Shown here piece after piece: positions 59,775-64,000 of a stretch of DNA of 64,000 nucleotides. Positions within the stretch are counted from its first letter, which is position 1. The number at the start of each line of letters is the position of its first letter. The notes beneath the pieces are model-generated. The model saw nothing but the letters and a program-made list of their open reading frames with translations, ran no database searches and had not been told where the DNA came from. The DNA comes from Candidatus Bathyarchaeota archaeon. GTDB taxonomy: Archaea > Thermoproteota > Bathyarchaeia > Bathyarchaeales > Bathycorpusculaceae. The position numbers and the translations under genes were made by a program. The stretch is taken from assembly GCA_963720565.1 (NCBI GenBank), contig CAVRFW010000009.1, forward strand, positions 1-64,000. The letters run 5' to 3'.

Positions 59775-61661
59775 TTAGGTCTTTTCAAGCTTCCCACGTA
59801 TCTTGTCTATGGCGTTGTCGACTTCGCCCAGTCCTAGCTCCCAAAGAGTTTCCGATTTGGGTATGCCTGTTTCGTCCCAACCGGCTTGTTTGTAGTATTC
59901 GCGCACGTTCTTGTGTACTCTGTCTCTATTGGTGGTTTTCCCCTTGTAAGGTCCTGAGGGCAAGGGCTCATAGAATCTGCTCGGATTGTCGTCATCAAAT
60001 TTTGGGTTCCACGTCAAGTCTGGTCCTCCCAAAAGCAGTAGTGCTCTTTGTATCTGCAGAGTTTTTAGTCCCCCTCTGTTGCCCATTTTTTGCGATTCAA
60101 ACTGAGCCCTGTGACTGCGTTGTAGAATTCGAACTTGAAATCCTTAGCCAAACCAAACGTGTTAAAATTGCATATGACAGCTGAATCATTGAAAATTTCC
60201 CATATTTCGCTGTCAACTCCTTCAAAAGGCAGACCAGCCAATGAAGTGTGATCACCACACTGCACAGAACACGCATAGCCAATGTCTGTTACAAAACTTT
60301 TGCCGCTTCGAATTCCATGAGCCCCAAGTCCTATTCCTTTGCTTTGTATTGCATACTGCAACACTTCTCTATTTTTCATCTTTCCTATACGCAGAGCTGC
60401 CCGATAGGTCCCCTCAGCCAACAAATCACCTATTCCATCTCTTGCCGCAATTTTTCTCGTTAGAGCCGCAAAAGCCTCAGTGTCGCCCCATTTCAATTCT
60501 ATTCCATCCAAGTCTTCCTTGGATAGAATACCTCTCTGGAACAGTTCAGCGGCAAAACCCAAGACGTTACCAGTTTGGATGCCACACAAGCCCAGGTCAT
60601 CAACAAGCGAAGACAAGAACACGTTCTCTTCAGGAACAAACACGCCCAAATTGGGGCCAAGATATGCCTGCAATTCATAATCCGGATTATCAGTAATTGC
60701 GCCTTTGAATCTTCCCACTTTTACGTAGGCTATTTTCAGGCAGTTTGTGGGACAGCCAAAATCGCTCCAGGCTTGCTTCACCCAAACTCGGTTTTCAAAC
60801 TGGTCTACACCATAACCCTTGTTGTTATGCCATTCCTCCTGCCAGTTCCGGACCGGCTCAGAGCTCGTTTTTGCACCGAAAGTGTAGCCGCCTCCGCCAG
60901 TGCCCCACCTCCGCCACAACACTTTGTCGTAGGCATTTCTGTTCACAAGGTTAATCATCTCTTTGACCCTTTCTTAGGTCAGCTATCTCGGGCAAAGGAC
61001 CAGTTCCCTTAACTGCAATCGCCTTGAGCCTTTTTGAGCCCATGACAGCCCCGTAGCCGCCGTAGCCGGCTGCATGTGTCCATTTGGCTACCACTATGGC
61101 CGTTCGGACTTTGTTCTCCCCTGCGGGTCCGATATAAAGCGACGCCGGTTCTTTCCAAGCCCCGTAAGGCTTGTATCGTTGATCCAGCAGGCGCCTGCAT
61201 TCCTTGACAAGTCGTGTGTTCGTTTCTTTGCCATCTTTTCCCCACATATTTTCCGCGTTTCTGATCTCCACGTCCGAGTCCTTTATGAAAAGGTAGACGG
61301 GTCTTTCTGCCTGCCCCGTTACGATTATGCCATCGTAGCCGGCGCATCGCAACTCGACCCCGAATTCTCCCGCAACTGTAGAACCGACAACTCCATTGCT
61401 CTGCGGAGACTTGGCTGAGACGCAGACTCTTCCTCCCGGGAAAAAACCAGTTAGCGGTCCAGCTAGAAAAACAAGTACATTATCTGCCCCTAGGGGGTCT
61501 GTTTCCTCCCACTTGTCGATTAACCTGTCGCAGAGAATTTTTGCAGCCAGTCCTCTTCCTCCTAAATAGTCCTTTAGCAGTGCTTCATCAAATCTGGTTT
61601 CCTTCATGTTGCCGCTTGAAAGATCAACTTCCAAGAATTTCCCTGTGTAACCTAGAATCAG
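59775..61661 (-). CDS. Tungsten-dependent aldehyde:ferredoxin oxidoreductase family protein (frameshifts at ~60975 and ~60072)
   Basis: GYTGKFLEVDLS, YLGGRG, KSPQS, GPAGE, GAVMGSK.LKAI, GCPTNC, DYE, DDLGL, LLAEG, YY..GWD..G.P. Confidence 0.9.
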
Positions 61662-62197
61662 AGGAATTCCTCCGCTTTTTCACCATAGAGTTTCGTGGCA
61701 AGGTTTGCAGTTGTCTCTTCCGGAGTGCGCGCATAGAGCTTGTACGCATGGCCTTCTCTTTCAACGGTTTTGAGAACTTCCCATCCCCCTTCTTGACAGA
61801 CTTTGGTGCATTCTGGATCACCCTCACAAAGGTCACAGATAACTGCTTTCTTCTTGGTGGGGTGAATGTGGGGAATTCTTCCCGGACAAGCTGCTATGCA
61901 TTTTCCGCAACCAGTGCATTTTTCTTCGTTGACCAAAACGGCGCTGGTTTTCCTGCTTACTGATAAAGCCTCGAAGGGGCAGTCTTTGACACAAGGGTAA
62001 TCTTCGCATTGTGTACATAGGTGAGGAAAATCCGATCCCGGAACTAGCATAAATACTCGTACACGAGATGCCTCAGGCCAAATCCTGTTCTCATGATGAA
62101 GCGAACATGCAATCTCACATTTTCTGCACCCACTGCATTTGGAAAGGTCCCGAGCTATCCAAATAGGCTTAGTTTTTGTTTCTGCCAACTCCGCCAT
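61658..62197 (-). CDS. 4Fe-4S dicluster electron-transfer subunit of the AOR
   Basis: CSGCRKCEIAC, CTQC..CVKDCP, CTGCGKCIAACP, CDLC..C..C. Confidence 0.92.
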   Translation of the reverse strand: MAELAETKTKPIWIARDLSKCSGCRKCEIACSLHHENRIWPEASRVRVFMLVPGSDFPHLCTQCEDYPCVKDCPFEALSVSRKTSAVLVNEEKCTGCGKCIAACPGRIPHIHPTKKKAVICDLCEGDPECTKVCQEGGWEVLKTVEREGHAYKLYARTPEETTANLATKLYGEKAEEFL

Positions 62198-62304
62198 CCT
62201 CTTGTGCTAAGAACATTCGCCCTCACCAATTATTTAGAATTTCTCCGTAAATTAAACTTCCAATTAAGCAAGAAGGTAAAGAACCCAAAGTGAGGATTTG
62301 CTGA

Positions 62305-63328
62305 TTATGTTGACTGTGTTTTTTGTCTTTCTTTTTGTTTTTTGAGGGTTACTATGATAGTGGCAGCGACAACTGGTACTCCTAGTGCGACTGCAGCGTA
62401 GACAGCTTCCGGAAGTATGGTATTTGTTTGTGTTCCCGTGGGTTCAGGTGTTGGAGTAGATTCAGTGTTTGACGTGGGTGCGTTTGTTGGTGTAGACATC
62501 GGGGAGACCGTAGAGGCGGGCGTTAGGGTAGGTATGGGAGTAGGTTTAGTAGAAGGAGTTGGAGAGGGCGTTTGAAGCTCTTGGTTCTGCGCGTAGAGGT
62601 TTAGTGCGTAGGCGGAACCGTAGAGTGTTCCGTTTCCGTAGACAAGTATTCTCTTATTCACCAGTGCTTCTTTCACGGCTGCTTCAGTCCGATTTTCAGC
62701 TAGTAGGTATGTCCAGTAGTTTGATATCCCTTGCAACCAGGTTTCATTGTGGAAGTCATGGCCTAACATGTAAATGTAGCCTGACTCCAAGGTCCATGCC
62801 ATAGATTGATCTATTTCCCATCCATCTATGTAGCTTTCATCCTTGTAGTTTTGCCAGTTATTCCATGAAAACCAAGCATGAGCAACTATGCCAATGCCGT
62901 TTTGCGCATGAATTGAATCAAAGATAACCGGGATTTCTACATCAGAGTCTTCAGCAAAACCGACGGACTGGTTGGTGAAAAGAGCTATGACGTGTTTGTA
63001 AGACCCGTCTGGCCATGAGCAGGTCACTTCTTCTCCGCAAACCACAGTCAACCCAACTTTCTCGCCTTCAGAGGCGGCTTCTGCATAACCTGCAACCGTG
63101 GAGTGATCAGTTACGGCTAAAACATCGTAACCCGCGTCTTTGTAAATGTTCACCAATTGCGCCGGAGTGTAAGTTCCGTCGCTGTAGGTGGTGTGAGCGT
63201 GAAGGTTCACTTTCAAAACTTGATAAACATCCGTTTGATTTGCGACGTTCTGGGCTGTGACTGCAAAACAGACTGAGAAGAATGAGAGCGTCAAAAGAAC
63301 AACCAGAACAACTCGTGTTCTTTTTCAT
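62305..63328 (-). CDS. Surface-anchored PHP-family phosphoesterase with Pro/Thr linker (A-run frameshift after ATG 63328)
   Basis: NLHAHTTYSDG, VTDH, GEE, KHV, AHA, GHDFH; C-terminal TM+KKQK. Confidence 0.85.
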
Positions 63329-63509
63329 CCAACCACAGCCTGACCGTACTGCGCCATGAAATTATTCATCTGACTTTGATGTCAGCCTTCTATGTTGCAG
63401 AAATAGCTCTTAATGCTTATGGAACTGTCTTCTATCGCGCAACCTGAAGACTGCTCTGCGTAAGCAAAAACTAAAAGGAAACTGAGACAACAATTATTGT
63501 TGAGTAACA

Positions 63510-63866
63510 TTGACTACTACGGAGATTGGTTGCTGTGGTGCATACTGCAAAACTTGTATTGACCAGCAGAAGCGGAAATATCCCAACGAAAGAACCTGTC
63601 GCGGTTGCAAGTTGGGATATGATTCCGGAGAGAGGGATCTAAGCAAGGTCAAATGCGGGATCAAAATCTGCTGTTTCAAGGAAAGACGGTTGGAAACTTG
63701 CGCCGATTGTCAAGTTTATCCATGCATGATTCTGACCGAGTTTTGGAGCAAAAAAGGATGGAAATACAAACAGTACAAGAAGCAACTCGAATTCATCAGA
63801 AAGAATGGCTATGAGACATTTCTGAAGAGAGCAAATGAATGGAAAGGTCCATATGGAAATATCTGA
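63510..63866 (+). CDS. DUF3795 Cys-rich protein
   Basis: CCGAYCKTC, CRGC, C.IKICC, CADC..YPC. Confidence 0.85.
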   Translation: MTTTEIGCCGAYCKTCIDQQKRKYPNERTCRGCKLGYDSGERDLSKVKCGIKICCFKERRLETCADCQVYPCMILTEFWSKKGWKYKQYKKQLEFIRKNGYETFLKRANEWKGPYGNI

Positions 63867-64000
63867 ATCGGATAGTTTGCGCATCTTTTCAAGACCATTC
63901 ACACTGGGAACTGGGAATCCAAAGAGACTTCACTGTAATATTGCACGTTACTGTACATTCTGTTAGGGCGGAGTCATGTTGAAGGATATTGTCAAATGGC

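Noticed and set aside
186..63328. Mass pseudogenisation or programmed frameshifting
   Set aside because: Single-base indels in otherwise conserved genes, often at homopolymers or AGCT/CTAG, fit sequencing error better
1..64000. tRNA or rRNA genes
   Set aside because: No cloverleaf/T-loop context or rRNA signature found by eye; tRNAscan-SE would be needed to exclude them formally

Overview
Archaeal chromosomal window, most likely Candidatus Bathyarchaeia. This is inferred from the tandem membrane-anchored PQQ-like beta-propeller paralogs, CASH/NosD protein, Snf7/ESCRT-III, Lrp/AsnC regulators, archaeal TATA boxes and GGAG-type RBSs. It holds about 55 genes; I recognised no rRNA, tRNA, CRISPR array, integrase or transposase. 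Main blocks: (1) a K+-independent membrane pyrophosphatase; (2) three large surface beta-propeller paralogs, each preceded by the same TATA, short hairpin and RBS cassette, next to two Lrp regulators; (3) an apparently intact terminase pair (HTH protein plus TerL) with no other viral genes, preceded by an AT-rich TTGCATAA repeat/palindrome; (4) a light/UV cluster of heliorhodopsin, TudS(DUF523)-DUF1722, TspO-like protein, flavin-binding protein and class II photolyase, abutting a sulfur-handling operon; (5) NikR, an ECF Ni transporter with a clear operator, and larBCE without larA; (6) uvsE, Snf7, an AOR with ferredoxin and surface-anchored hydrolases. Many genes are split by single-base indels, often at AGCT/CTAG or homopolymers, which looks like long-read error rather than decay. 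All product calls come from motif recognition by eye, not from database searches.
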